DNA of 64,000 nt. It comes from Priapulus caudatus. Its lineage: Eukaryota. The DNA lies in NCBI RefSeq assembly GCF_000485595.1, contig NW_014577066.1, positions 600,076 to 664,075 on the forward strand, written 5' to 3'. Below the pieces are notes generated by a model that worked only from the letters and a program-made list of their open reading frames with translations, searched no databases and had not been told where the DNA came from. The position numbers and the translations under genes were made by a program. This document shows, in pieces, positions 38,821 through 52,428 of the stretch. How positions within the stretch are numbered: position 1 is the stretch's first letter; the number at the start of each line of letters is the position of its first letter.

Positions 38821-39176
38821 TACAGGCACTTGAAACGTCTCAATTAAAAAATAATGGTAAATAAACACGAAATGTATTTACTACCAAAGTCTTAATGTTT
38901 CTCTACTCTCTTTCGCCTATTATTACTGATAACTTGCTGTAAATGCCGTTAAAATGCTCCTCTGCAACACGCACGCACGCCCTGTGCACACATATGCAAA
39001 CAACAAGAATAATAGAATGGCGTGCGTGCGTGTTGCAGAGGAGCATTTGAACGGCATTTACAGCAAGTTATTAAAAATAATAGGCGAAAGAGAGTAGAGA
39101 AACATTAGGACTTCGGTAGTAAATACATTTCGTGTTTATTTACTCTTTTTTTTGATCGAGACGTTCCAAGTGTGTG
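38821..39176. mobile_element. MITE of the CACAGGCACTTG family with ~160-bp TIRs
   Basis: Long inverted arms (aaacacgaaatgtatttactaccaaagtc...aaatgccgtt...ctctgcaacacgcacgcacgcc); interrupts a GTGTTGCCG-like low-complexity array. Confidence 0.85.
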
Positions 39177-41636
39177 CGGGTGTTGCCGGTTGTCGGCGGG
39201 TGTTGCTAATTGTTGTCGACTATTGACTGTGCGGCCGCAGTGATAGTGGCTGTTTGGGGTAGACTACGTTAGCGGGTGTTGGGGGTACGTTGGCGCGTGT
39301 TGGCTGTGTGGCCGCAGTGATGGTGGGTGTTGGTTGTGGTGGTAGCGGGTGTTGGTGGGTGGTGTTAGCTGAAGGCGGCCGTTGTGTGGCCGCTGACCCG
39401 AGTGCCAACTCTAACGAGACTCAGCAGGTGAAAGAAGGTCAGTGGTGGTCGCGTGGCTGGTTGCGTGCGCGCACGCGAACAGGCGCGCCGTTGTTTGGCC
39501 CACGACTCTTATTCATATACTCGAATCCCGGCGCCAAAAAACGCCCGATGTTAGGCTTGTAGGAGGGAACGCCGACGCGTGATGCGTAATAGAGGGTGGA
39601 GGTGGGGTTCACGCTTGCTGCTAGCGACTGCTGTGGCGGTAGCGGTGGTGTGGTGTCGCGGACTGTTGCGTCTCGCCACGGACATCGTCTGCTTCTGGTA
39701 TAATTATCAGGGCTGCGAGTCGACACGCGATGAGAGAGCGGGGTTATGGGCATCGTTCATGGCCTGGTGCCAAGTAATTGTGACGTTACTTGCACAGCTG
39801 TGGGGTGGCTGGCTCGTTTTTCTTCGTCTCGCGTTGCCTCTTGTTCTGGCTCGGCCTCCTCCAACTCTTTAACTTACAGGCTCTCTCTCTCTCTCTCGCC
39901 CGCTCTCATTCTCTCTGTCTCGTCCACTTTCTCTCTCTCTCTCTCTCTCTCGCTTTCCATTTTTCTCATTTTCTGTTTCTTTTACTCTCTTTTTATATCT
40001 GTTTGTATGTCTGTCTGTCGGTCTGTCATCCCGTCCTCCCGTCCATCCGTCTGTCTTTCTGTCTGTCTGCCTGTCTGTTTGTTTGTTTGTCCGTCCGCCC
40101 GTCCGTCCGCCTGTCCGTCCGTCCGCCCGTCCGTCCGTCCGCCCGTCTGTCCGTCAGCCCTTCCGTCCGTTTGTCCGTCCGTCTGTTTGGCTGTCTATCT
40201 GTCTGTTTGCTATCACTCGTTTATAACAATCCTATTTGTAGATATTTCTGCCTATTCCAGCTTAACGGTACAGTACCTCTTATGCAATCGTGTGTCGGTT
40301 TTGTCAGGCAGATAATCATGTTTGCGTTGTCAGGAAATGTTTGTTTGGCATCCATTTTTATCGCGAACGACGAAAGATGCGTGACCATGTAAGGGCTTAC
40401 GCTAGTGCACGCACGTTCAGTAAATATATTGCTCTGCTGTCTGTGCTGATGTGCGTGTGAGTGACCGTGTATGTGTGTGCGTGCGTGTGTTTGCGCGTGG
40501 GCGTATGCGTGTTACTGTGGGTTTGCGTGAGCGTGTGCGTGTGCGTATGCGTGCGCGTATGGGTGAGCGTGTGCGTTTCGGTGTGTATGTGCGTATGCGT
40601 GTGAGCGTTCTTACGCTTGCGTGTACGTGCGTGTATGCTGGGTGTCTGCGTACGAGCGTGCGTGTATGGGTGCGCGCGTGCGCGTTAACCCAATACATCG
40701 CACAAACGATCTCGAAATGCTTGTCTACTCGAGCTGCTTTACAGCTAGTTCACATAATAGGCCATGCTGCGGATCCAAATCTAAGGGCTCACTGTGTGTA
40801 TGGGTTTAAAAACAACAACAACACCCGATATATTTTCAAACCTATGTGAGAGTCCACACTTTCCCCCTCCAAGTTCACTGTTATTTAACTTCTCTACCGT
40901 CAACCCTCTTTTTTTCATCTCCTTTCCCACTCACTATCCCTCCTTTTCTCCCGACATATTGATCTACCTACCCCGCTATACGTCCAGCTATCTTCATCTA
41001 CCGCCATCTTTTTTCATTCAGCATGTAACCAGGAGAACGTGAAAGGCTCGTCTCCTTCTGGTTTATAACGTAGGATGACGCGGCTGGATGCGGTGAGAGG
41101 ATGTAGCTTAACTACGCTCCTCCCTGCCGATTCACACCTTTATTTACCTATTTTAATCTCTCTGATTTTCAATATAGCATCTACTGCCTCCCTCGAGGAG
41201 CTGTTAGCGCCTGCATGCGACTACTGCCCTATCTCTCAGTCACCCTCCATACCTGTCCCTCCCCTTATCGTCCCTTTAGGCTATGTACCCACTTCACCCA
41301 GACCTGCCAAGCATATAAAGAAAGTTGTTGCGATATTTTCGGTGGCTGTGTCTATTCAGGATACCGGCCCAGTTAGCCTGTGGCTATTTTGTTATGGGTC
41401 AGTAAGAGCTGTACGGTTTCTTTTCTGTCCGAATATATTCGAATTTACTCGCCTCGAGTGAAACCTCTGACCGGCACGCTTAAAAAATATAATATGGGCA
41501 TGGGCGCCCCGAGCCCTAGAGGGCGTGTTAAAAGAGCAGAATACATAAATAAATAAATAAATAAATAAATACATAAATACATAAATAAATGTACTGCGCT
41601 AACGGGTAGTGCACTAACGTTCCGTGCCGCGTGATT

Positions 41637-41815
41637 AAACCTGTGCGATGAACCAGTGTACTGTCCAACAGGGATTGACCTGTGATGAACTAGTGTACTG
41701 TCCAGTAGGGAGTGACCTGTGGGGAACAAGTGTACTGTCCAGCAGGGATTGACCTGTGGGGAACAAGTGTACTGTCCAGTAGGGAGTGACCTGTGGTGAA
41801 CCAGTGTACTGTCCA
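41637..41815. repeat. 37-bp minisatellite, about 5 copies
   Basis: acctgtg..gaac.agtgtactgtcca..aggga.tg at 41639, 41678, 41715, 41752, 41789. Confidence 0.9.
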
Positions 41816-44800
41816 CCGACAAGCGTCCTGTCTAGGAAGAGATTACCTTTAGTGAACCTATATCCTGTCTAAAAGTTTGTTGAGCTGAAACGGGCCAGCG
41901 TTCCGTCAATCGCGGCTCAATGCTAAAGCACTCGGCTGCGTAACGCTTTAAAATACGGGATAAACGCCAAGCCACTTTACCGGCCACGGGTCTTGACACG
42001 GCGTTCGCTTTGTATTTAAAATAAGCATCGGCGTGTGTATCTTACTGGCAGAATACGAAGGCTCGTGTGTGAGAAAGTCCGCAGAATGGCATTTGTGAGT
42101 TGTCACGCAGAACAGCAGTAGCGCGCGGTCGTAAAAACTTGAGCAAATTTTAAATCACTAGCTTGACCCGCATTGCGTACGCTTTAAAACGCGCCGAAAC
42201 CAGATATGCATTTCTAATCTTTGCGGGTCACAGGTTCAAAGGCCCGGATGCGAAGAATTCGTGTTGCACGTCAACGTGCGTGTTCGTTTGCATAGCTGGC
42301 AATGCGGAGGTAATGTGTAAGATGCCGTCTTAGATAACGCATTAAATATTCACCGCATTTCGGATTATAACAAAAAAGTGGTTGGATATTAAAGATGTTA
42401 CGTAAGGTCGTCTACTACCATATATGGCAGGATCGGGTGAGAGCGGCCGCACTGTTTTCATTTTTGTGTTTCCTGTCTGTGGCTATGTGTTCAATTTGTC
42501 GAATCTCACAAATCTTTATAAAAGTGAATTTGACCAATTGCGTGTCAGCTAGTCTTTATATATGTAGAGCTCAGCAAGCATCAGTCATGGTTTGATGGGA
42601 TCCTATCTGTAGCGTTCTACAATAAAAGGTCTGCACTCTGATCAAGACCCACGGGCACAAACGCCACAAGCGATTTAGTACAAAAAAGAAAGTAAAGTTG
42701 TTAAGATAGAGCTATAGTGTTCTGAATGGCAGCCCACATGTGAGTATTGTTGTAAAGGGTTATAAGTTATCTACTGTTGCCAGTATTGACCTAGATTGCG
42801 GTATCGTGCCCCCGCCTCACACATAGGACCATCAGTTGTGTGACGACAATATCTGCTTTTATTGCTGAGGAATAATCACTCTTTGCTTGTCGGTATATGT
42901 AGCCCCGTCCCTGGGGAAATCGACAAGGTTTTCCCTCCGACTCAAATACCTGGAACAATTAATGAAAACATGAAAGATGAACAAGAAACATTAAAGAATT
43001 AAAACCAGAGAAATAAAGAACCACAAAGAATTAAAGAAACAATTAAAGAAAACATTAAAGATGAATACATCTTTAATCATTCATGGTAACCGTGTAACAA
43101 GTGTAGTTAATTTGTTACGAAACGTTATTCAACGTGACTCGGAAAGCTCTTCTCCTTCTATTTCTCTAGTGCCTGGGAACGCAACTTGATTAAGCTCAAC
43201 CAATATTGACATGTAATATAAATTGATTTCAAGTCGGTGTTAAATATTGAAGCCAGGTTACACCCCATTTATGTATGCCACATACGGGATAACATGTATA
43301 TAACGCAATCCGAAATGTCAACATTACGCATCGAAGGACGCACCATACATACTAAATAGTAGCTTATATGCCAATACATGTAGCCATGCCGACACGGCTA
43401 GACTATCTACTATACTTTGCGCATTCTACTCGCGTGTCTATCGAAGCTTTTGTACATCGTGTGACACTAGTGACCTGGGAAGGTTAGCTCATAAAGGCAG
43501 GCTGTTAAAACCTCTACTGTGCATATGTTTAGAGAGCAGCCTAAAGACGATGAACCACGAGATAACCATCTGTCTGACTAGAGCGTAAATGATTAGGCAC
43601 AGAAAGAACAACGCCGCTGTGCGCACGATTTCAATTTCAGTTGAGCCTGCTGATTAAAAGGACGCAGCACACATCGACGTAGTTTTCTGGTCTGGCCGAT
43701 GTTATTTAATATCAACGGTTAGATTTGCGTTCCTATAATGCTGTAGATATGACCAGTAACAACTGAAAGAAACAAAAGAGGTTAATAGCATCGTTAACTT
43801 AGTAATGAAAATGTACTTCTAATTCTGTTTGTAGCATGGTTATGCAATATTCTATACAAAATCTAGATATAATCATTTGCGTTACGTTATCATTTTCGGC
43901 TTTCATCGTATAGCGTTATTTCGTGTGTGGTGCCACCGCCTGTGTCAAAAATGACGAAGCTAAGCGATGCTAACACCGGTCAACCCGTCCTATGGCCCTG
44001 CTACAACAGAATAACACCGTGCGTGTCATTCAAAAGAAAATTTAAAGTTTTAACATCTGTCACTGATTCGCAACCGGTCATGCGTCCGCGAAGTGGTAAA
44101 TGACGTTGGCGCACACGCCCCCTACTCGTCCGCGTATCGTTGGCGGCTCTGACCCAGCCCTGCATGTGTCCTGCGCGCGACATCAACAACGCACAAGTCA
44201 AGACGTTCGTTCTATTGAACCTATCACCTATAGCCGCCGGCGTGGCTGAGGTGGAGGGTCGTCACACGCGCAGCTGCAAATCCGATCTCTATCTGTTATT
44301 TATGATATCGAATATTATCAAGAGCTAATAAACTAAGCTAAGCTAATCATGAGCTAAGGTGTTTATTAGCTCTATTAGCATATTATAGCTAGCAGCGTGA
44401 GGGATTGTGCTGGCGACAGAGATCGCTTGCGGTTGCAGTCTGTGGATAATGAACGCATCGAAGTAGCGATGGAGTATTAATAGATTGTACCTATAGCGGT
44501 TGTTCTCGGTTTTGTTGATATCTTCGTTTTTCGTGTCGCCGTAGTCATGGCGCCTCATAAAGTCGAAAGTGATTAGCATTGACGTTTAGCAAGTGTGCGA
44601 ATGTAGACACCTGCTTGTAGGTGAAATTTTCACGAGAGTCGGGGATATTTTATTGTTGGTTATCTATCCATCTTCCGAGAAACCTGAATAATGACCTGAC
44701 TAATGAGTGGGACCACTATTTTTAGTAATTAATTAAAAGATACACAAATTCGTTAATTAACACGTGGGCAAGCCGTCTAAATATAGCTCCGGCCCACGTG

Positions 44801-47800
44801 TGCCGACGTGCTGGTTTTACGCCAAAAACTGACACTGTTTCCTATAATAATACCGTTTCTTTACGGTTGTACTGCTATGTGACTACGCAGTAGTGCGTGC
44901 GTGTATTGGCTGCTTGCCATTGATCTGTACTAGAAGGTAGAGCTAATGTTCAAGTGTAGGCCGTGCAAGCAGGTGCAACAATTAACTACCTATTTACCTG
45001 CGCTGTATATTGCAGGTAATTGTGTTATATGTTTAATGAGCGTGGGGATAATAGCCCCCCCCCCACCCACAAGAGTTAAACGTTTTTTTCTATTTTAAAT
45101 TATGTCACTAACGTCACACTAAGTATTGGTAAAGAACCACTAGTCAACAGTATCGATTCGTTATCAATCTTCAAATGATTTGTACGACACCATGAGTTGA
45201 AGGTTGATGGATGCGAATTTAATATCGAGATAATATATATAACATGGCATGCATGTGCCATTGTTGCCGTTAAACCTTTACTTAGAAATTCTACTAATGT
45301 CGTTCGCTGCGTGCTTACGGTCATGTCAGTTTAGCTGTAGTTTGTCAGTCAGGGCCATACATGCGTCACTCGCCTACATCTTGCCACATTTCTACAGTCA
45401 CAGTAGTTATGACGGCTTATCACAACTCGATGATTAGCCACGGTCTATCGTCCGATAATCCGCGCGTTTTTGACAACAATCGCACTGAGTCCATGTGTAG
45501 ATTACCTTTTCATTACGTATAAACTTGAGTTCTGGGATAATCGCTAGCTGAGTTATCCCCGAGGTCGGTCATAATCGTATTTGCCCGCCATGCACCACGG
45601 ACGCGTTCTTAAAATTTGTAACCATATTTTAAGTATTATTTCTGTAACCGCGTAAGTGAAGGTCTCTCAATCGAGAAATGCTCGTTGAAACGGGTCTGTT
45701 AGTCGCGTACGTATGCCTGGGTGGTGCAAACTATCAATGTAATTTCTATTTGCATTTATAATGATGACGCGACGACCCTGACACACATCTCTGCAATCTT
45801 CGAATTACTACGCTATAACTGGATGCGATATTATAAGGGGGTTCTCAAACAATTTACCCCGCATCATCGGGTTATTTTTCAGCTTTTCGGAGAACTATAG
45901 AGTGTAAAAAAGCTAATTCTGTTTCCACACAACTCGTTACATGAGCTTATATGGCGTCAGCACGGGTTTGTTATCTGTGTGTTGACTCGCATGGCTGAGC
46001 GTGGGTGCGTGGAGTACTAGCGTGAGAGGTGTGTGTGATTCATCCTCTCGTACGTCATCACTCAACTATCGTTCGTTACGGCTCCGTGTACACTCACGAA
46101 TTCTTTGGAATCGCACAAAAGGCTCGTGGGGGCTTTAAAAAAAAAGAATGGCTATGCCTATTCTTGGAATTTACGAGGAGTGTTACCCACTCATGTTAAA
46201 TGACCACGGCAGGTATCCGGTACAGCTGAAATGACCTATTGATCATTCACAACTGCAACGAATCGAATGTGATTGTGCGCATGGGAGAATAGTGATGCAT
46301 TGAATTCCGAAGCGGCGTGGGATATGCAGTGACGTTTTGGTAAACCTAGTTCTCAACTATTAATCCCTGGTTAGCACACATGAGCACATGTAAGCACGTA
46401 CTTGACTCGCGTGTATTCGGTATAGCACTGTTTCGCACCTGATACAGCTGCACCAGGTGCCGATCGCATAAATGTTTGATCTAGTCAACGTGGCTTCATG
46501 GAGTCAAGCTCATCTTCCATGCTCCAGGACGGGCTAGCTTACTATATTGCAGGATAGATATACGATATTCTTTGTAGTAAATAGCAGTGAGGTCTCTTTA
46601 CAGTTCTCGTTTTTACCGTATTACTTGCAATTGCGTATGGGTCTACCACCAATTGCGTACATCATCTAAAAGTTTAAATCATGCTCACTTGAAATATTAC
46701 TCAAGACAGAGACAACGAATAGCTCGTTCTTAACTACATCTGGCATCTTTATTCGAAACACATGACCCTAGAAACTTGTTCGACCCGTGCGACTTGGCAT
46801 CCGTACGAAACCCTAACCGTATTAGAAAATTTTCAGGTCTATTAAGTCACTACTGAATCAACGTCGATGGCTTGGCGGGGCGTCTCGTGAACCCCCGCCT
46901 CCCTCTCACTCTCGGCCGGCTGTCGAGCGTGGCATTTTTTCATTAATTAAGCGCGCGTGAGTATTAGGTTAGCAGGCCGGTGACTGACTGCGCCCGTTAG
47001 AGGCGCGGCGATTCTTTTTGCGGCCATTTTGGCAGCGACCCAGTTCGGCGGCTGCGGCGGCACGCCACAGCGGACAGCCGTCACCGCGTATATAACAGCG
47101 CTTTGTTTCTGTCGGCGGCGGCGGCGGCATGCTGCGGTATTTATGAACGGCGTGCTGTCGCGCGTCACGTCGGGTGGGCGGCGGCATGTTGTCGTCGTCG
47201 CCGCCGTGCTGAGATCGCGGATTTCGAACTTTGTTGTTCTCTTCCTCTGGCAACTTGCATGGAAAGTGAAAATGATATCGTGGTAGTGGGTGGCGGGGAG
47301 GGGCTGTTTGAAGTGTAGGTGAGTGGGTTGGTGTTTGGGTGGGTGGATGGTTGTGGGGGGGGGCTTCTATTCTGATGCCGCCCGTGTGTTTAGTGACTGG
47401 TCGAGACGAGACGAGTGTGTGACTGGGTGGGAGGGGGGTCTTTTTATGTCCTCAGTCATTTATTGATTTTCCCAATCGTTCAGTTGAGTTGAGAATATTT
47501 GGGTTTCTTTTTTAGCGGGAAGGGGACAGGAAAGGTACGATGTAGCTCGAGTTATTTTAATGTTTATACTACGAGTCAATTCTGGTGAGTGCGGTATATT
47601 ATATAGCGATAGTTTATGTTTGTATTCGTGAGTGTATGTGCGCGCACGCGCGTACGTGCGTGCGTGCGTGAGTGTGTGCCACTATAGTCAACCGGTAAAT
47701 GCTTACGTGACTAGCAATTGATAAGTTTAAAGCTTGTAACGTGATATAAAAGCTCACACAGCATACGACTCTATTGTATATAAGGAAATGCCTGAGCATT

Positions 47801-48050
47801 TCACCGATGAAAGAGATTTTACTAAGTGCCTGAGATCTACTGCTCAGGAATACCCGCTCTTCCGTCGTGCTCACGTCTTACCACTCTACGATGACGTCGG
47901 AGCGAGTTACAAACGAGGCGTGTTTGCAATCTGGGTTAAACTTCGCCGACGCGTTCCCATTCTCTCTTAACTCCGCCACCTATCATTCTTTCGCTTTCAG
48001 ATCTTACGGCTGATCTGTTCGCTCAAGCACGGCTTCTTACTATGTTTCAG

Positions 48051-48093
48051 GTCGAGTCGAGGCTTACGGACTGGTCCGTCGGCGTCACCGTCG
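48051..48093 (+). CDS. Exon 5 of DH-domain gene (VESRLTDWSVGVTV-G)
   Basis: tgtttcag acceptor, phase 0 in and 1 out, donor gtaggt; matches the DH xxRxxxWxxxxxVGxxF segment. Confidence 0.8.
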
Positions 48094-49087
48094 GTAGGTG
48101 TTCTTCGGATGCGCATCGATCCGAATTCAGTGCAATTACATCCATGCGGTGGAAACTTGCCGGCGCTTAATTTTCATTTTCGTCCACAAGATGGCGCCTC
48201 TGTACCCGCTGAGCCATGATCTTTCCCGTAACCGATTTACGCGTCCCTTGTGATTCGGGGGGGGGGGGGGTTCTCTGCAACCTACCGGACCCCATGCAAA
48301 ATCGTCGAGAGATTAATGTGTGCGTGCGTACGTGTGCGCGTGTGTGTGCGTGTGCGTGTGCGTGTGCGTGTGCGTGTGCGTGTGCGTGTGCGTGTGCGTG
48401 TTCGCGGACGTGCGTGTGTGTGCGTGTGCGTAGCGAGTGCGCGTGCGTACGTGCGTATATGCATGCATGGACGCGTGTGTCTACCCACCACAGAAGCTGT
48501 TTTAGATTAATTCGAATAGAATATTGCATAGCGATCGATTGGAATAGCTCTCAGACACTTCACAATCCACCGTGCTAGGAAATGAGTGCCAAGTCCGCTC
48601 CATGATATATCTTCGCCTTTGCCTTTTTTATAAAGAATCTGGAATTCAGTAGCAGTGTAACAGTTTTCCTTTGTTACGGTTTAGGGTTTGGGTAGCGTGG
48701 TATAACAGACCGTGCAATTGTAAATTGGATGAGGGTTTTATATGGGTTAGCTATAAATTAGCAATAGACATGTTAGAAAAGGAACACTGATATATTTATT
48801 GGACGTGCGTCTACTATGCTGTCTTTTTATAATGCAGAGGAAAAATGGCATGCCATGATAGAAAGTAGCAGTGTTAGTATTCCAGTTCAAAGATCACCAT
48901 GTATAAAGACGGGACATGTTTGATTCGTTGCCACGGCAATGTACTGCTACTCATTTATATTCGGTGTTTTATTATACAATAATGTATTTCCATGCTGTGT
49001 TAATATTTTAGGTGCATATGCAAACAGATACTTGTGATACTTAAGATCACAAATCAATAATATTACTTGCTGTATTTTTGTCCCCAG

Positions 49088-49160
49088 GTGGCGTTTTCAG
49101 TAAGGATATCATTCCCGTCGTCGAAAATTATCTCCAGAAAGACCTCAAACCTGCTTACAT
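49088..49160 (+). CDS. Exon 6 of DH-domain gene (GVFSKDIIPVVENYLQKDLKPAY)
   Basis: tttttgtccccag acceptor, phase 1 in and 2 out, donor gtaagt. Confidence 0.8.
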
Positions 49161-49629
49161 GTAAGTTTCAACAGGAGCTGCCATCTGGCGGCGAGTTCGT
49201 TAAAGAAACGACTAGAGTATTAGTCAGCACCATTCATAGTGTCGGCTGGTAATTTATCAATATTGAGTTCGGCGTGTTACCCTGACAATTAGTGACAGCA
49301 AAGAAATGGTCACGGCCTGATGATAGCTGCATGTTAAAGGAACGCACTAATTAGAGCTTCTAATGGTGTTCGTTACTGTCGGCGATTGACCCATGTACAC
49401 TACTTCGACTGCAATACAATAGCTAGCCTCTTGCACGTAATGAGCTTCCGAGATCGGATGTCGTTGATGTAGTGATCTCTTAATAGTCATTCGCGTGCCT
49501 AAATTGTCACCATGGCCTGTCCCAGCTCACTTATCTTAAGTGTCACCTGTCCCTCACTTACTTGATTTAATTGTCACTGGCCCCTCTGCCAGTAGTTTAC
49601 TTTAATCGTTGCCACTTCTTGTACCGCAG

Positions 49630-49726
49630 ACATCTGAGGAAGAAGGTTGAGGACAGACCAGAGGCGATTGACGTCTGCTGGGTGCGCTCGGCCCCGTATT
49701 CCCTCAAGTCTCTGCTCTACGTACCG
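49630..49726 (+). CDS. Exon 7 of DH-domain gene (IHLRKKVEDRPEAIDVCWVRSAPYSLKSLLYVP); gene incomplete
   Basis: ccgcag acceptor, phase 2 in and 0 out, donor gtaagt; ends in a DH CR3-like SLxSLLxxP motif. Confidence 0.8.
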
Positions 49727-52061
49727 GTAAGTCAACTCTCGGACACAATCTCACACGAACGACATCATTTACGGTCACTCACTGCTAACCTTAAATCTTC
49801 GTGGCATTACACATAACAAGCGCTTCCGAACCTACGTTCTACATGGTGGTACTGCTGTGGATCTACGTCAAGTAGAAGCGATCCCAGAGTTCCTCTTGAC
49901 ACGTGCCACTCTCGCTTGCCGTGGTTTGTGATGTTAAGAGCGCCTACATTGCAATATCAGTGAAGCGCATTTCGGATGTCATGCTTAGTAGGAATCTTTG
50001 TGCTATGCGATGATATGTGTGCGATTTAAGAACGGCACCTGACAACACCAACCATACCCACAGTAATGAGTGCATTACAACTACGTCAGCCGTATAGATC
50101 TGGTGGTCTTAGTAGTGTATAACTATTAGACACCACTAGATGGCGCTTTCGTGCAGCTACGGCTAGGGTAGCTACGGCACTCGAATGTCAGCTACCCATA
50201 GCTGACCCACATCTGCGCTGTCGCATGCCAGAGGATCTCAAGCATTCACGCTAGCTCTGAAGATCGTTATATACGCTCGCGTTAACGCGACACGATACGA
50301 CAGCAGTGTCCATTCAAGTGGAGGAGAAACACAGTAGAGTGGCGCCATCGATGTTGCAAGCAAATGATCGTTGAGAGTTTTAGAAACGTTTTTAAAAAGT
50401 TTACATTTCTCGGGAATGTTGAACCACGAGATTTTCGCGTAGCATAGTTTAAACCCGATTTAACGGAAACTATGTCTTAAACCGACATCAATCTTCTTCA
50501 TTGCGGTGATTTTAGCACGAGTCCGTTGTGCACCAAGAGTATATGATTGATTTCAAGAGGTAACAAATAAGCACAAATAACCAAGAAACGTTACAGACCA
50601 CTGCACACTCCTATTGAATAATGCGAATTTAAATTCAGAGATACTGCATGACCTCCAATCGCATACAGTCGATGTGCTAATACCACCAACTAGGCATTCC
50701 CATGAATAAATGTATATATTCATGGGAATATTTGTTTGTATATGTCATTGTGATACTGTATACCACGGCTGCAAAGCATATGAATCCAGGTCCCGATGGA
50801 TTGCGTAACCCCATACCGCCCACTCGCCACCTATATTTCAACGCAACAGATTGCAAGTTGGAGGGGAACGTAGGGCCAACATTGTTACATTTTTAAATAA
50901 AAAATGCACGATTTCCTTCTCGATTCGTCAATGGCGGACAAGAACTGGAAATCACTGCAGCGATATCACTCGGCATCAGCATTAATTACGACTAATTACG
51001 ATGCTGCTCAGCAAATGAGCGGCGCGATCGACAGCGATCGGTTACATCTGTGCCGAACATCTTCATTTCAGCTCCCGTCGATCATATCTCTTTTTAACGG
51101 CCAGTCTCGAGAAATATCTGCTATGCGGCTTCAAGGCATATATATATGCGAACTCGCGGTAGTTCGCGTGTGGCACGCGGGCGCCATTGCGTAGCTGATA
51201 AACTGCACGTACGCCAATCTGCCGCATGCACTAGCCGTGCGCATATCTACCCGACGGGCATGCGAGAGCAATGTCAATGTGTTCTGTTATTTTCCTTTCG
51301 TCGGTGTATTGGTGAATCACTGCAGTACAGTGTAGCGAACGTGCCGCGCTCTAAATTAGCTGTCGGGAAGAGAGGAGGAAAGAGAGGGCGAGGGAGAGAG
51401 AAAGAGAGAACGAGAGACGAGAGAGACAGTGCGCGGCAGAGGGGTCGCTGGAGAGAGGTAGAAATGCAGTGAGGTAGAGAAAAAGGGAGGAAAAAAAAAG
51501 CGAAACAGAAAGAGAGAGAAAGAGAGAGAACGAGACAAAAACAGAGAAAGGGGAGCGTGAGATATTGAGAGAAGGGGCGAGCTAACAGCTAGGACAAAGA
51601 AAGCTTAACGGATAAGAGCGGGCAACCAAAGGATTCCAGGAACACCAATCCCACAGCGAGACACGCTTGCCGAGATCCGTAAAGGCAGCATTTTACCTGA
51701 GGCAGACAGCGTAACTCCCAGTAGGGTTCACGGTGCGGTCAGATCCAGGCGAGCTGGCACGTCGCCAAATCTGTAATTGAATCATTTCGCCTCACTCCCG
51801 TATTCCAAGGAAGTTTACAAACAGTAGCCGCCTCCGAGTGGCCCCAGGAGAGACCCAGCTAGCGTTAGCTCCGGAGAAAGTCTCGCTGGACAGGTGCAGT
51901 GCATGGTCAGGGAAACCGGACCTATAATGTACTGATGTCCCGTCCAGGGGGAATCAGCTTCAGACGCCTCACCTAAAGAGTATTAGCTTCTTGAACTAGC
52001 CACCAGAGAACAGGACAGAGTGGCGTTAACCTGCTTGCGATACACCGGTTTTCCGTTCAGG

Positions 52062-52265
52062 GGGTTGTAGCACGATACGGCGACCAGGGTCGGGTTGTAG
52101 CACGATACGGCGACCAGGGTCGGGTTGTAGCACGATACGGCGACCAGGGTCGGGTTGTAGCACGATACGGCGACCAGGGTCGGGTTGGGGAAGACAACGT
52201 TACCTACCTTGACTACGTGACTACCTTGACTACCTTGACTACCTTGACTACGTGACAATACCTTG
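52062..52265. repeat. 30-bp perfect tandem repeat (about 4 copies) followed by 9-bp CTACCTTGA repeats
   Basis: gggttgtagcacgatacggcgaccagggtc repeated. Confidence 0.92.
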
Positions 52266-52329
52266 TTATACAGAACTGCACTAGCATTTCTTACAATATA
52301 TATATATGTAATAATATATAATAATATTA

Positions 52330-52377
<48 letters not shown>

Positions 52378-52391
52378 ATAATATATAATAT

Positions 52392-52428
52392 CAAGAGTAC
52401 ATAATAGTAATACTATTATGTACTCTTG
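52392..52428. mobile_element. Hairpin remnant (P-like excision footprint), CAAGAGTACATAAT arms
   Basis: 18-bp perfect arms, 7-bp direct repeat ATAATAT. Confidence 0.7.

Noticed and set aside
47762..47970. Candidate extra exon (MPEHFTDERDF...)
   Set aside because: Weak splice sites, ends in a stop, and the DH frame joins cleanly from 19830 to 48051 without it.
25696..52187. CRISPR-like arrays (35-, 37- and 30-bp repeats)
   Set aside because: Head-to-tail units without unique spacers, no cas genes, eukaryotic context.
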